The translations under genes and the position numbers were made by a program. DNA of 61,972 bases, counting the filler. It is 6 parts of 6 records of this genome, joined end to end, with 100 filler letters (N's around TTAATTAATTAA, not from the genome) between each part and the next. Parts side by side here need not be neighbours in the genome. Positions count along the whole stretch, not along the records: positions 26,316 to 42,312 come from SRR20825010_2598; 5 more parts are not named here. One strand, written 5' to 3'. Every line of letters starts with the position of its first letter. The first letter of the stretch is position 1. Positions 32,301-41,518 of the stretch are shown here, piece by piece. The notes below the pieces were generated by a model. The model worked only from the letters and a program-made list of their open reading frames with translations, made no database searches and had not been told where the DNA came from.

Positions 32301-32806
32301 TCACCTCAATCGGAGGTTTCCTGCGGCAAGGTAAAACCAATTTCGCGGCCCTTGAGACACGCTTCACACTTGATGGCGGTGTGGCACTTGTTGAGACACT
32401 TTCCGCAAGTGGCCCTTGGGGTGCCTTGTCTCTCGATGGGCAGGTGAACTTTAGCGAGAGCTTGATGGACCTGAAGGGGCAGCTCAATCTGACCAGTCCG
32501 CAAGATGCACCGGTTATCCCGGTTAAATACTCGGGCTCCCTCAACAACCCCTCCACGAACTGGACAAGCCGCGCGCTTGAAAGTTTTGTGATTGCGGGTA
32601 TCGAACGACGCATCCGCACCAGCCTGTTCAAAGAGCAGGAAAACCGCGAAGCGACCACTGGTGAGGCCGCTAACAACCCTGCCGGTGAGGTGTTTAGCCG
32701 CGCGTTCGGTTTCCTGAACAACCTGAAAAAAGCGCAGGAAGAAAAAAAGAAGAAAGAAGCTGAGGCCAAAAAGGCTGAAGAAGAAAAAGACGGTGACGGC
32801 ACCTAG
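29321..32806 (+). CDS. AsmA family protein
   Basis: N-terminal TM followed by DWNQYR...TG, long beta-rich body, AsmA-like C-terminus. Confidence 0.85.
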   Translation: MKKGKITKILTWLVGSLVGLVVIASVAVGFLDWNQYRGRLASLISEQTGMRVELAGDIRLGLLPRPSMSAEQVRMFPMQDGVVEPVATAELIEARLGISALLKGGLDIQHLGLNGLAVTLEERENGSISLRGWPEAPAEDEVAETAAPIKLNRLELQGGKITLMNADGTTRVFEEIQLDFSGSLPDGPFEWEGGLKTAGQQVTTVGKLRPSREEGVTSVKVEAALAGGLADISGRLDDGSFAGRVQLGGDALGRFVAAATAMGTGTPGSAMLPNEAFELDLQVERTSGVTRVTSRTFKAAETQGRVDLTLAERTGKTHVGGTLSLGIVDLQPWMDAVQQASGSPSTEQASNTAAPPELPVSGSIDVTIEGVRVLDGLIQQVDFALGVGDAGLFVGDAQALFPGATSVNFSGRIGADMRGSGNLNATSGNLQDMLRWLGYDPSGQLAPGRLATADFAGKLELDGSRWLVSNIKSRLDTTNISGGIVGTLNGGWPTNVTLQADNINLDAYLPENKPASAGTAAEPAQKTAELFAMLPESTLRFGFKASAIQWAGQSFRDFSVDAQVANSGVKVNSLTLKGGKGTLQLAAQLRPAGSDIEIDGDAKLADWPMPFVLAVMPDMQPFIRASGMSGFDGSFRLSGPLSNLHLSANASNGEARQIAANGTVAYVADSPLAFDIRGTLKHENLRALASQTGFEINGGAAADLTFSASQKANAPIKMDISGEFAGGQLLAKGEQGESRSTWQVTYDHKRAQAAARKFLPAMTVPNPAQPLRVAANVSLSEGAWALETLDVRNGDAQIAGNVGSDNKSRLYGRLRGSGFVFNNLTGNAANKQPAPAQEGEPFNFEALRGYSGQVDLALEGVTLAGQKVQAPGAALTAGDGLIRLDLGSSALLNGQPVTVAVDLDVSGAPTVQGNIVVKELDIASMLLSEGFGRIADGVASFNFNFNASGETPEAMLGKLRGRGEITGRAGALNFLSVPSLVREMSQASTPTGFLTSIGGFLRQGKTNFAALETRFTLDGGVALVETLSASGPWGALSLDGQVNFSESLMDLKGQLNLTSPQDAPVIPVKYSGSLNNPSTNWTSRALESFVIAGIERRIRTSLFKEQENREATTGEAANNPAGEVFSRAFGFLNNLKKAQEEKKKKEAEAKKAEEEKDGDGT

Positions 32807-33054
32807 CCGGTTGGCGTCTTTTTCTCCAGCGTCTGCAATATAAAGGCGCGGATGGCGCCTGAAAGGGAGCCGCTCCGCGCTTCGTCCAATTGGCGAACCA
32901 ACTCGTTCACTGATGTCTTGCGGTCTTGGGCAATCTTTCGCAGGTGCCGCCAGAAACAAACCTCCAATGAAATTGATGTACGGTGCCCCGAAAGGGTCAC
33001 CGAGTGTTTCTCAAGCTTTGCATCATCAAGATCGTACATGCGGCGATCTTGCAT
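32803..33054 (-). CDS. Ribbon-helix-helix (RHH_4) protein
   Basis: KHSVTLSGHRTSISLE..FW...LSGAIR. Confidence 0.88.
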   Translation of the reverse strand: MQDRRMYDLDDAKLEKHSVTLSGHRTSISLEVCFWRHLRKIAQDRKTSVNELVRQLDEARSGSLSGAIRAFILQTLEKKTPTG

Positions 33055-33093
33055 CTTGGTGAAAATTGGTCAAGCAGCTTGACGCTTGATGCA

Positions 33094-33119
33094 GAAAACA
33101 ATAAGAACAAAAATAGAAC
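33094..33119 (+). promoter_or_regulatory. Alphaproteobacterial LexA (SOS) box
   Basis: GAAC-N7-GAAC at 33105-33119 plus a third half-site GAAA 11 nt upstream; TTGACG at 33079. Confidence 0.75.
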
Positions 33120-33149
33120 AAATACAATTGAGCCACAGCGAGAAACACG

Positions 33150-34268
33150 GTGGAACCTTTCAAAAATTACTTCAATCAAGACCTTATTGGGAAAACAGCC
33201 GATATATTCGAGCGAGCCTGCGAGGGCTTTGACAAACAGCGGTTTATAGAGCTGTCGACGACCGGGCTTGACACACTTGAGTTGAAAGAACGCGCGACCC
33301 AGATCATGCATGCGCTCGACCAGACCCTGCCAGCGCCATTTGATGAATTTGAAGAAGTGGTGCTCGCGAGCCTTCACGAAAGTGAAGACCCAAACGGGGA
33401 GGGTCTTACGTTCGACGGCACCGGCTTGATGGGGTTTGCTGCGTGGCCTGTCACTGACCTAGTTACCCACCGAGGGCTGCACCAACCTGAAAAAGCACTG
33501 CCGCTTCTTAAGGAGGTGACCAAGCGTTTTACTGCCGAGTTTGCTATCCGGCCGTTTCTTGTTGAACATCGGGACTACACGCTTTCGGTGCTCAATGGCT
33601 GGGTGGACGACCGAAGCCGTCACGTAAGGCGTTTGGTGAGTGAGGGGACACGACCCCGTTTGCCTTGGGGCCTTCGGCTCAATGAGTTCGTTGTTGACCC
33701 CGCGCCCATATTACCATTCCTGAAGGCGTTACGGGATGATGGGGAGGACTATGTTCGTCGCTCGGTCGCCAATAGCTTGAATGACATAGCCAAGGACCAC
33801 CCCGCGATGGTGGCAGCGATCGCGCATGATTGGCTTGAAGGAGCGTCTGTTGAGCGCGTGCGCCTTGTTCGCCATGCTTGCAGAACGCTTTTGAAAGCTG
33901 GGGACGAGAACACGCTTGCGGCCTTTGGATACAAAGCCGTTGAGGGGCTTACCTGCGAACTTTCTGTCTTGACCCCGAAGGTAGTGTTTGGAGACGCGCT
34001 TGAATTCGACATCAATGTCAGGGCGCCGGATAAAGCGGCGCCGGTAATGGTCGATTACGCTATTCATTTTGTGAAGTCGAACGGGGGGACGGCTCCAAAA
34101 GTCTTCAAATGGAAAGACGCGAAACTCAAGGACGGTGGCTTGAAGGCTGAACGTCGTCACGTAATCAAGCCCATTACCACGCGCCGCTACTATGAAGGGC
34201 TTCATAGGCTTGAAATTATCATCAACGGCGTTTCCGTGGCAGAAGCTGACTTTGAGCTTCACCTTTAG
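33150..34268 (+). CDS. alkC: AlkC-type HEAT-like-repeat DNA alkylation repair glycosylase with C-terminal Ig-like domain
   Basis: TAEFAIRPF, HVRRLVSEGTRPRLPW, YVRRSVANSLND, C-terminal KVFKW...TTRRYYEG. Confidence 0.85.
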   Translation: MEPFKNYFNQDLIGKTADIFERACEGFDKQRFIELSTTGLDTLELKERATQIMHALDQTLPAPFDEFEEVVLASLHESEDPNGEGLTFDGTGLMGFAAWPVTDLVTHRGLHQPEKALPLLKEVTKRFTAEFAIRPFLVEHRDYTLSVLNGWVDDRSRHVRRLVSEGTRPRLPWGLRLNEFVVDPAPILPFLKALRDDGEDYVRRSVANSLNDIAKDHPAMVAAIAHDWLEGASVERVRLVRHACRTLLKAGDENTLAAFGYKAVEGLTCELSVLTPKVVFGDALEFDINVRAPDKAAPVMVDYAIHFVKSNGGTAPKVFKWKDAKLKDGGLKAERRHVIKPITTRRYYEGLHRLEIIINGVSVAEADFELHL

Positions 34269-34369
34269 CGCCGGATAGCCCGGCGCGCTACAAGTGCTCT
34301 CAGTTGGGCAGAGTGAATAGAAATCCTTTTGATGCTTAAAACTACTTCTTGTTTGATATCTAGTTCATA

Positions 34370-34389
34370 ATATAGCAATTAAGCTATAT
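34370..34389. promoter_or_regulatory. Probable ArsR autoregulatory operator
   Basis: ATATAGC-N6-GCTATAT overlapping the start codon. Confidence 0.6.
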
Positions 34390-34702
34390 GGCTATGTATG
34401 TAGATATTGAGACAGGGTTAAAGGCGCTCGCGAGCGACAAGCGTTTGTATGTTCTTGAGCTTCTGAAAGACCCTACTGCGAATTTTCCGCCACAGGTGGA
34501 CGGTGATCTCATTACAGACGGCGTGTGCGCGAACTGGCTGACAGAACGACTTGAGGTTAGCCAGCCTACGGCCGCCCGGCACCTCAAGGTGCTGGTGGCT
34601 GCCGGGTTTATCCTCCCTACCCGAAAAAAGGGCTGGGTATTTTACAGGCGCGATGAAGACGCCATTAACCGGTTTAAAACAGCGATAAGCGAGGCAGTTT
34701 GA
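34388..34702 (+). CDS. ArsR/SmtB family regulator
   Basis: KALASDKRL, GVC, SQPTAARHLKVL, GWVFYRRDE. Confidence 0.9.
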   Translation: MAMYVDIETGLKALASDKRLYVLELLKDPTANFPPQVDGDLITDGVCANWLTERLEVSQPTAARHLKVLVAAGFILPTRKKGWVFYRRDEDAINRFKTAISEAV

Positions 34703-36066
34703 TGGATACGACCTATGAACGCGATTTGAAGCACGCGGCGAGTTTGGCTCAAGATTATCTGGCAAATGTGCCTGAGATGTCTGTGTTTCCGAGCGCAGAG
34801 GCGCGAGCCGGACTGGCTGGTTTTGACGAAAGATTACCGGTGGATGGCGCGAGCGCGGAAGAAACGCTTGATCTGTTGCACCGGGTAGGCAGCCCCGCCA
34901 CAGCAGTCACAACCGGGAGCCGGTATTTCGGTTTTGTGGTTGGAGGCGCTTTGCCAGTAACCGTTGCGGCAAACTGGCTTGCAACAGCCTGGGACCAAAG
35001 CCCGTCGTCCGAGATGAATTCGCCCGCGGGTGTAAAGCTCGAAACCGTCGCGGGTGGTTGGCTTATTGACCTCTTTGATTTGCCCGCATCAACCGGTGTG
35101 GGTATGACCACGGGCGCGACCATGGCAAACTTTACGGGGCTGGCGGCGGGCCGTACTGCGCTTCTCTCTAACGCAGGCTGGAATGTGGAAGAGCAGGGCC
35201 TGTATGGCGCACCGGAGGTCAAGGTTGTGGTCTCTGAAGAAGTGCATGTGACAGTTGAGAAAGCGCTTTCCATGCTTGGGTTTGGCAAAAACCGGGTCAT
35301 TAAAGTGCCGACAGATAGCAATGGCGCCATGATCTTCGAAGAAATTCCAACACTTGATGCACTTACGCTCGTTTGCACCCAAGCCGGAAATGTAAACACT
35401 GGCGCGATTGACCCTATTGGCGAGATCGCAAAGGAAGCCGGGAAAGTTGGCGCGTGGGTTCATGTTGACGGGGCCTTTGGCATATGGGCCAAGCTTCTTG
35501 AAAGCCATCAACAGTATTTCAAGGGCATTGAACTGGCGCATAGCTTCGCAACCGACGCGCATAAATGGCTGAATACGCCATATGACTGCGGCATCGTGTT
35601 ATGTCGTGATGCTTCAATGCTGCACCAGGCCATGGCAACAACGGCGCCTTATTTCAGGGCAGATGGCCAAAATGCGCCAAAGGATATGGTGCCTGAGTTT
35701 TCCCGTCGTGCGCGCGGTGTGGAGGTGTGGGCCGCACTCCGGACACTGGGGCGGAGCGGTGTCGCAGCTATGATCGACCGGTGCTGTGCTCATGCGCGGT
35801 ACTTTGCAGACGGTCTGCGCGCCATCGGTTTTGAGGTGCTGAATGATGTGATGCTCAATCAGGTCGTAGCTACAATCGGAAGCGCAGAGGAATTGGTAGC
35901 AATCCGCTCACATGTGGAAGAATCTGGTGAATGCTGGTTTGGGCCAACTGTCTGGAAGGGGCGGCACGCCATCCGCATCAGTGTATCAAGCTGGCGCACG
36001 ACGGGAGCGGATGTTGACCGGTCGCTTGCGGCGATTGAAAAAGCCACGAAGGTTATACTGGGCTAG
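34699..36066 (+). CDS. Group II PLP-dependent decarboxylase
   Basis: RYFGFV, GNVNTGAID, HVDGAFG, TDAHKWL. Confidence 0.9.
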   Translation: MMDTTYERDLKHAASLAQDYLANVPEMSVFPSAEARAGLAGFDERLPVDGASAEETLDLLHRVGSPATAVTTGSRYFGFVVGGALPVTVAANWLATAWDQSPSSEMNSPAGVKLETVAGGWLIDLFDLPASTGVGMTTGATMANFTGLAAGRTALLSNAGWNVEEQGLYGAPEVKVVVSEEVHVTVEKALSMLGFGKNRVIKVPTDSNGAMIFEEIPTLDALTLVCTQAGNVNTGAIDPIGEIAKEAGKVGAWVHVDGAFGIWAKLLESHQQYFKGIELAHSFATDAHKWLNTPYDCGIVLCRDASMLHQAMATTAPYFRADGQNAPKDMVPEFSRRARGVEVWAALRTLGRSGVAAMIDRCCAHARYFADGLRAIGFEVLNDVMLNQVVATIGSAEELVAIRSHVEESGECWFGPTVWKGRHAIRISVSSWRTTGADVDRSLAAIEKATKVILG

Positions 36067-36524
36067 CTGATTTTCTCCGGGCGCCAAAAGCAAACACCAC
36101 GCTCTGAATAATCAGCCCCCATCCGCTTATAAAGGCGGATGGCGCCCTCGTTATCAGTGTTGACCTGCCACTTTACCGGCAGGTCGCGCTTTTTGGCAAT
36201 TTGGCCAATGGCGTTAAGGAGCTTACCACCTAGACCTTTGCCGCGCGCGGCAGGGTCAACATACAGATCATCAAGGATCAAGACATCCTTGCCAGACCAG
36301 ATGTGGAAGCGAGAGGTATAGGTCACGGCACCAAGAATTTTGCTATGCTCTTCCGCTACCATGACATGAAAGCGGGGAGGGTGCGAAAGTGCCCCTTCTG
36401 TAAAAGCGTTTTCTGAAACTTTAAGATAGTGGCTTGCGTTTTCATGGGCGGCCAATGCGGTAATCAATGCATAGGCCGCCTTTAGGTCAGCTTCGGACGC
36501 TGCATCCCTGATCGTCACAGTCAT
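36063..36524 (-). CDS. GNAT acetyltransferase (SSAT-like)
   Basis: LDDLYVDPAARGKGLG, NEGAIRLYKRMG. Confidence 0.88.
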   Translation of the reverse strand: MTVTIRDAASEADLKAAYALITALAAHENASHYLKVSENAFTEGALSHPPRFHVMVAEEHSKILGAVTYTSRFHIWSGKDVLILDDLYVDPAARGKGLGGKLLNAIGQIAKKRDLPVKWQVNTDNEGAIRLYKRMGADYSERGVCFWRPEKIS

Positions 36525-36542
36525 TGCAACATCCCCTGGGGC

Positions 36543-38153
36543 TTAAAGGTCTTTAAAGAAGTCATTGCCCTTGTCGTCAACAACGATGAAGGCTGGAAAA
36601 TCTTCCACATCAATCTTCCATACGGCTTCCATGCCAAGGTCTTCAAAATCCAGTACTTCAACCTTGCGGATGTTGTTTTTCGCGAGGATGGCGGCGGGGC
36701 CGCCAATAGAGCCAAGGTAGAAGCCGCCATTCTCACCGCAGGCTTTTGTCACCTCACGGGAGCGGTTGCCCTTGGCGAGGCTGATCATGCTGCCGCCCAG
36801 CTTCTGGAAGGGACCAACATAGCTGTCCATGCGGCCCGCCGTTGTTGGGCCGAAGGAGCCTGAGGCGTAGCCTTCAGGTGTTTTCGCGGGGCCAGCATAA
36901 TAGATGATATGATCTTTGAAGTAGGCAGGCATTTCTGCGCCGTCTTCCATCATGGCCTGAATGCGGGCATGCGCCAGATCACGTGCAACAACAATAGTGC
37001 CGGAGAGGCTGAGCCTCGTTTTGATGGGATATTGGGTCAGTTGCGCCAGAATGTCCTTCATCGGTCGGTTAAGGTCGATTTTCACCACCTCTTCTGAAAG
37101 ATGCGCGTCCACGACCTCAGGCAAATATTTTGCCGGGTCGGCTTCAAGTTGTTCCAGGAAAATGCCGTCTTTGGTGATTTTTCCTTTGGCTTGCCTGTCA
37201 GCTGAACAGGAAACACCGATACCCACGGGTAGGCTAGCGCCGTGTCGTGGCAGGCGGATAATACGCACGTCGTGGCAGAAATATTTACCGCCAAACTGAG
37301 CGCCAATGCCCATTTTCTGGGTCATTTTGTGGACTTTTTCTTCCATCTCTACGTCACGGAAGGCGCGGCCTGTGACGTCACCCTCGGTGGGAAGCTCGTC
37401 GTAGTAGCGCGCAGAGGCCTTTTTCACTGTCGCAAGGTTCTGCTCGGCCGAGAGGCCACCAATCACAATCGCAAGATGGTAGGGTGGGCAGGCTGAGGTA
37501 CCCAGAGTTTTGATTTTCTCCTCAAGAAATGCGAGCATGCGGTCTTCGCGGAGTGTGGCGGGTGTCTGCTGGAAGAGGAAAGTCTTGTTCGCGCTTCCGC
37601 CGCCTTTGGCGAGGAACAGGAATTTATATTCGTTACCTTCGTTGGCGTAGATATCGATCTGAGCTGGCGTGTTATTCTTGGTATTTACTTCCTTATACAT
37701 GGAAAGCGGAGCCATCTGGCTATAGCGCAGGTTGGTTTCCGTATACGTGCGCATAACGCCTTTGGTCAGTGGTGCGGCATCGTTGCCGTCTGTCCATACA
37801 TGCTGGCCTTTGTTGCCAACAATGATGGCAGTGCCAGTGTCCTGACAGCCGGGCAATATGCGGCCTGCTGCGATATTCGCGTTTTTGAGTAGCTCCTTTG
37901 CGACAAAACGGTCGTTTTCGCTTGCCTCGTCATCTTTGAGGATGTTCGCGAGCTGTTGCAGGTGACCGGGGCGCAGCAAATGAGCGATGTCGGACATGGC
38001 TTCACGTGCCAACAGCTCCAACCCTTCATCAGCAACCTTCAGGATTTCTCGCCCATCCACATTAACGGTGGAGACGAAGTCTGAGGTGAGTTTGCGATAA
38101 GGGGTTTTATCCTTTCCTGACTGGAAAAGATCGCTGTAAGACCAATCGCTCAT
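36543..38153 (-). CDS. fumA: Class I (Fe-S) fumarate hydratase
   Basis: [38 protein letters not shown]. Confidence 0.93.
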   Translation of the reverse strand: MSDWSYSDLFQSGKDKTPYRKLTSDFVSTVNVDGREILKVADEGLELLAREAMSDIAHLLRPGHLQQLANILKDDEASENDRFVAKELLKNANIAAGRILPGCQDTGTAIIVGNKGQHVWTDGNDAAPLTKGVMRTYTETNLRYSQMAPLSMYKEVNTKNNTPAQIDIYANEGNEYKFLFLAKGGGSANKTFLFQQTPATLREDRMLAFLEEKIKTLGTSACPPYHLAIVIGGLSAEQNLATVKKASARYYDELPTEGDVTGRAFRDVEMEEKVHKMTQKMGIGAQFGGKYFCHDVRIIRLPRHGASLPVGIGVSCSADRQAKGKITKDGIFLEQLEADPAKYLPEVVDAHLSEEVVKIDLNRPMKDILAQLTQYPIKTRLSLSGTIVVARDLAHARIQAMMEDGAEMPAYFKDHIIYYAGPAKTPEGYASGSFGPTTAGRMDSYVGPFQKLGGSMISLAKGNRSREVTKACGENGGFYLGSIGGPAAILAKNNIRKVEVLDFEDLGMEAVWKIDVEDFPAFIVVDDKGNDFFKDL

Positions 38154-38233
38154 GATGGACGTCTCTTTCAATTTGGGAGCCCAAGGCGGGCTTTAGTGCT
38201 GACAGAATACTGAGTGGTCGGCGCCGGATATGG

Positions 38234-38779
38234 TCATTTTTTCCGGAAAGCGTCGAGTGTTACCACGTTATCGGTGCCGGTTTGTGTACCGCTGGTGCCT
38301 TCTGCGGGTGTGTCGTCCGCAGGCACATCATCACCTGCGATGTCTTGACTACTTACATCCGCGATTGCGCCTTCAGGTGCGTCTTCAAAGTCAGCCGCGT
38401 CGGCGTCTTCGTCGTCAAAGTCAGCATCTTCATGGAACTGAAGCGCAAATTGTACACTAGGGTCGACAAAACCAACCACTGCATCGAAGGGGATGTGTAG
38501 ATGCTCGGGCTTCTGGTTGAAAGAAAGGCCAACCATGAAATGGTCTTCCTCTACTTTAAGGCCCCAGAATTTGTGCTGAAGCACGATGGTCATCTCTTCC
38601 GGGAAGCGACTGACCAGATGAGCAGGTATATCAACACCATCAGCCTGCGTTTTGAACGCGATATAAAAATGATGCTCGCCTTGCAAGCCATTCTTCTCGG
38701 TATCAGTCAACACAGCGCGAACAACTCCGCGAAGTGCTTCCTGCACCTTTGCATCATAATCAATATAAGTATCTGACAT
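38234..38779 (-). CDS. sspB: ClpXP adaptor SspB (alphaproteobacterial type)
   Basis: GEHHFYIAF, EMTIVLQH, DPSVQFALQF, C-terminal VVTLDAFRKK. Confidence 0.93.
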   Translation of the reverse strand: MSDTYIDYDAKVQEALRGVVRAVLTDTEKNGLQGEHHFYIAFKTQADGVDIPAHLVSRFPEEMTIVLQHKFWGLKVEEDHFMVGLSFNQKPEHLHIPFDAVVGFVDPSVQFALQFHEDADFDDEDADAADFEDAPEGAIADVSSQDIAGDDVPADDTPAEGTSGTQTGTDNVVTLDAFRKK

Positions 38780-38925
38780 GCTGGCCAAGCTCCCCGTTAC
38801 AATACACTCGGTTTGGGCTCCTTATAATGCCAAGCCGGATAGGCGTGAAGGGATATTTCAGGCTTTTTCCCGTAAAGTATCAAAAAAAACTCTGAATGTG
38901 CGTCGTCAAAATTAGCGCATAGGGT

Positions 38926-38941
38926 GTTATTTAATCGTTAA
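38926..38941 (-). promoter_or_regulatory. CtrA-box-like site in sspB/luxR intergenic region
   Basis: Minus strand TTAA-N7-ATAAC (one mismatch to TTAA-N7-TTAAC). Confidence 0.35.
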
Positions 38942-39125
38942 ACGGAAATTAGTGTAAAAAGACCTGTTTCTGTATATCTCGTTCGAGGTTAAGGTTTATG
39001 TCACCAACAGCGCCGTTATTATAAGACGGCTTTTTTGATGATCTTCAACAGCTTAGGTGGGTGATGAGCTGGATTTTTTGAAGGTCGCGTCGTTGGAGCT
39101 GATACACTGAATAGCGTATCGGTGA

Positions 39126-39899
39126 ATGGCGAAGCACACTGGTAAGCGAACTTGGCGTATGGATCTCGAATATTTTCGGTTGGCAGTGGAGTTTATTGAA
39201 GCTTCCAAGAAAGTGAAAACGCTGGAGGCGCTGAGCGCTGCGTTCCAGAAGTCCTATCGACCGCTGGGTTTTGACCATTATGCCTGTATATCCTGTGTTG
39301 AGTTCGGCTCCATGCCAGAGGGCGCGGTTTTTATAGCCGACTATCCAGCTGATTGGTCCAATCACTATCTAGAAGAACATTTTGGTCGCACGGACCGCAT
39401 TTTGCAGGTCTCTCTAAAGGAACATATGCCCTTCAATTGGGATAGTTCCGGCGCGCTGTTTGATGCCCCAGGAACAACGGGAAATAAAGAGGGAACCTCA
39501 AGTAAAGTCACGGGCGAGGGCATGTTGTTCGGTATCACCGTGCCCATACATATTGTTGGATCCTTTCCCGGTGCGGTTAACGTTGTTGGTTCAAAACGAC
39601 AGGTTGACGCTGCCGCTGAGCATTCCATTCACCTGATGAGCGTGTATCTGCATGATGCTGCGCTCAGGTTGGCAAAAAAAGAAAACCGAGCGATGCGGCC
39701 CCTGATCAAGCTCACACCGCGTGAGCGGGAATGCTTGCAGTGGGTGGCAGCAGGGAAGACAGACTGGGAGATTGCGGGCATTCTTTCCATCGCTGAACGT
39801 ACCGTCCACAACCATATTGAAGGTGCGAAAGCAAAACTGGAGGTTAACTCTCGGGTTCAGGCCGTTGTGAAGGCATTTTTGAGCAATTTAATTTACTGA
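39126..39899 (+). CDS. LuxR family regulator 1 (autoinducer-binding domain + HTH)
   Basis: YPADWSNHY...D, FNW, LTPRERECLQWVAAGKTDWEIA; alternative start at 39159. Confidence 0.92.
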   Translation: MAKHTGKRTWRMDLEYFRLAVEFIEASKKVKTLEALSAAFQKSYRPLGFDHYACISCVEFGSMPEGAVFIADYPADWSNHYLEEHFGRTDRILQVSLKEHMPFNWDSSGALFDAPGTTGNKEGTSSKVTGEGMLFGITVPIHIVGSFPGAVNVVGSKRQVDAAAEHSIHLMSVYLHDAALRLAKKENRAMRPLIKLTPRERECLQWVAAGKTDWEIAGILSIAERTVHNHIEGAKAKLEVNSRVQAVVKAFLSNLIY

Positions 39900-40039
39900 G
39901 ATGGCCCCCGCGGGCTATAAGGTGTGAACGATTGGGGAATCGTACAAATTGATTGGTCCCGCTGTATTGGGGCAAGGAGCTGAAGAGAGAGGTGCTGCCT
40001 GGCGAGCGGTGCCATGGTGACGTGCTTGAAAGGTAGGAT

Positions 40040-40780
40040 ATGGGCAACCTTCAAAGCTTTCAAATCGCGCTCGATTTTATTGATGGAGCCAAAACGACCG
40101 GCGACCTCGAAAGTCTTGGCCAGTTGTTTCAAACAAGCACCGCGCGGCTTGGCTTTGATCATTACGCCTGTGTCTCCTGCGTCGCATTTGATACCTTGCC
40201 TGAAAACGCAGTCTTTCTCGCCCATTATCCAGACGACTGGACCAAATATTATCTTGAAAAGAAGTATGATCGGATCGACAAGATCCTTCAGCTTTCCCTT
40301 GGCACAAGCATGCCGTTCAACTGGGAAAATGAAACCGTTGTGAAAGGCCGCTCCGGCGAGCAGCAACGCTTCTTTGATGAGGCAGAAGACGCTGGCCTTG
40401 TGTACGGAGTTACTGTTCCCATTCATGTGGTTGGCTCATATCCTGGCGCCGTAAACATCGTGGGTGAATACAGCCAGCATGACCCTTCCGTTGAGCATGC
40501 TCTTCACCTTATGAGCGTTTACATGCATGACCGGGCCGTCAAGCTCGGGGACGAAGGACAACACCCGACGGCTGACCGGCAGGAGTTAAGCCCTAGGGAG
40601 CTTGAATGTTTGCGCTGGGTGTCGGCTGGAAAAACGGACTGGGAAATCTCCAGCATCCTCCACATCGCCGAGCGTACAGTGCATGCGCATATTGAGAATG
40701 CAAAGCGCAAGCTGGGCGTGCACACGCGCCTTCAGGCAGTGGTCAAGGCGTTCCTGGCGACAAATTTCTACTCTGGGTAG
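40040..40780 (+). CDS. LuxR family regulator 2
   Basis: YPDDWTKYY...YDRID, FNW, LSPRELECLRWVSAGKTDWEIS. Confidence 0.93.
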   Translation: MGNLQSFQIALDFIDGAKTTGDLESLGQLFQTSTARLGFDHYACVSCVAFDTLPENAVFLAHYPDDWTKYYLEKKYDRIDKILQLSLGTSMPFNWENETVVKGRSGEQQRFFDEAEDAGLVYGVTVPIHVVGSYPGAVNIVGEYSQHDPSVEHALHLMSVYMHDRAVKLGDEGQHPTADRQELSPRELECLRWVSAGKTDWEISSILHIAERTVHAHIENAKRKLGVHTRLQAVVKAFLATNFYSG

Positions 40781-40882
40781 TTAATATTCAACGCGGTGGA
40801 AAAACCTAGTCTGATTAGCTAATAGCCCGCTACCCCGGGAAATCCGATCATGGAGGCCACCTAAATCACCAAGGAGGCTAAT

Positions 40883-41518
40883 ATGATCCACGTCGTGGGT
40901 GCTCATAACAAAGCCAGATACAAAGGTTATTTGAGAGAGCTTTGGCAGCAACGCTATGATGTCTTTGTAGAGAAGATGGGATGGACACTTGATTGTGCCG
41001 ACGGGATAGAGCGCGATCAGTTCGACCGTCCCGATACTGTTTATCTTCTGTGCATAGACAGCAAAGGTAAACTCAAGGGCGCCATGCGCCTCCTTCCCAC
41101 AGCCAAGCCGCATCTGATGAGTGAAGTGTTCCCTGGCCTGTGTGCTGAGGGCGTCCCAACCGGCAAGACAACCTGGGAAATTTCGCGCTTTTACAGCCTG
41201 ACCGGCCGCCATTTGATGCTGGAACGAGACCGCACGGTGTCTGAGCTGGTCTGTGGCCTATACGAATTTGCCCTGATGTCTGAGATCACGCACGTCAGTT
41301 GTGTGGCGAGCATGGTGCTTTTTCCGACCATTTTGAAAGCTGGCTGGGATGTAACACCGCTTGGTCTGCCATCAGTTTCAGACGGTGAGGTTGTGCTCGC
41401 CTTTCTGATTGACTTGAACGAACGCGACTACAGGACTGTCGCGAAGAACCGCAACATTGAAGGCAGTGTGCTGCAGGCAGGCTCATTGCAGGAAGAGCAG
41501 TTGGAGATTGCAGTATGA
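40883..41518 (+). CDS. LuxI family acyl-homoserine lactone synthase
   Basis: RYDVF...GW, ERDQFD, RLLPT, WEISRF; SD AGGAGG. Confidence 0.93.
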   Translation: MIHVVGAHNKARYKGYLRELWQQRYDVFVEKMGWTLDCADGIERDQFDRPDTVYLLCIDSKGKLKGAMRLLPTAKPHLMSEVFPGLCAEGVPTGKTTWEISRFYSLTGRHLMLERDRTVSELVCGLYEFALMSEITHVSCVASMVLFPTILKAGWDVTPLGLPSVSDGEVVLAFLIDLNERDYRTVAKNRNIEGSVLQAGSLQEEQLEIAV

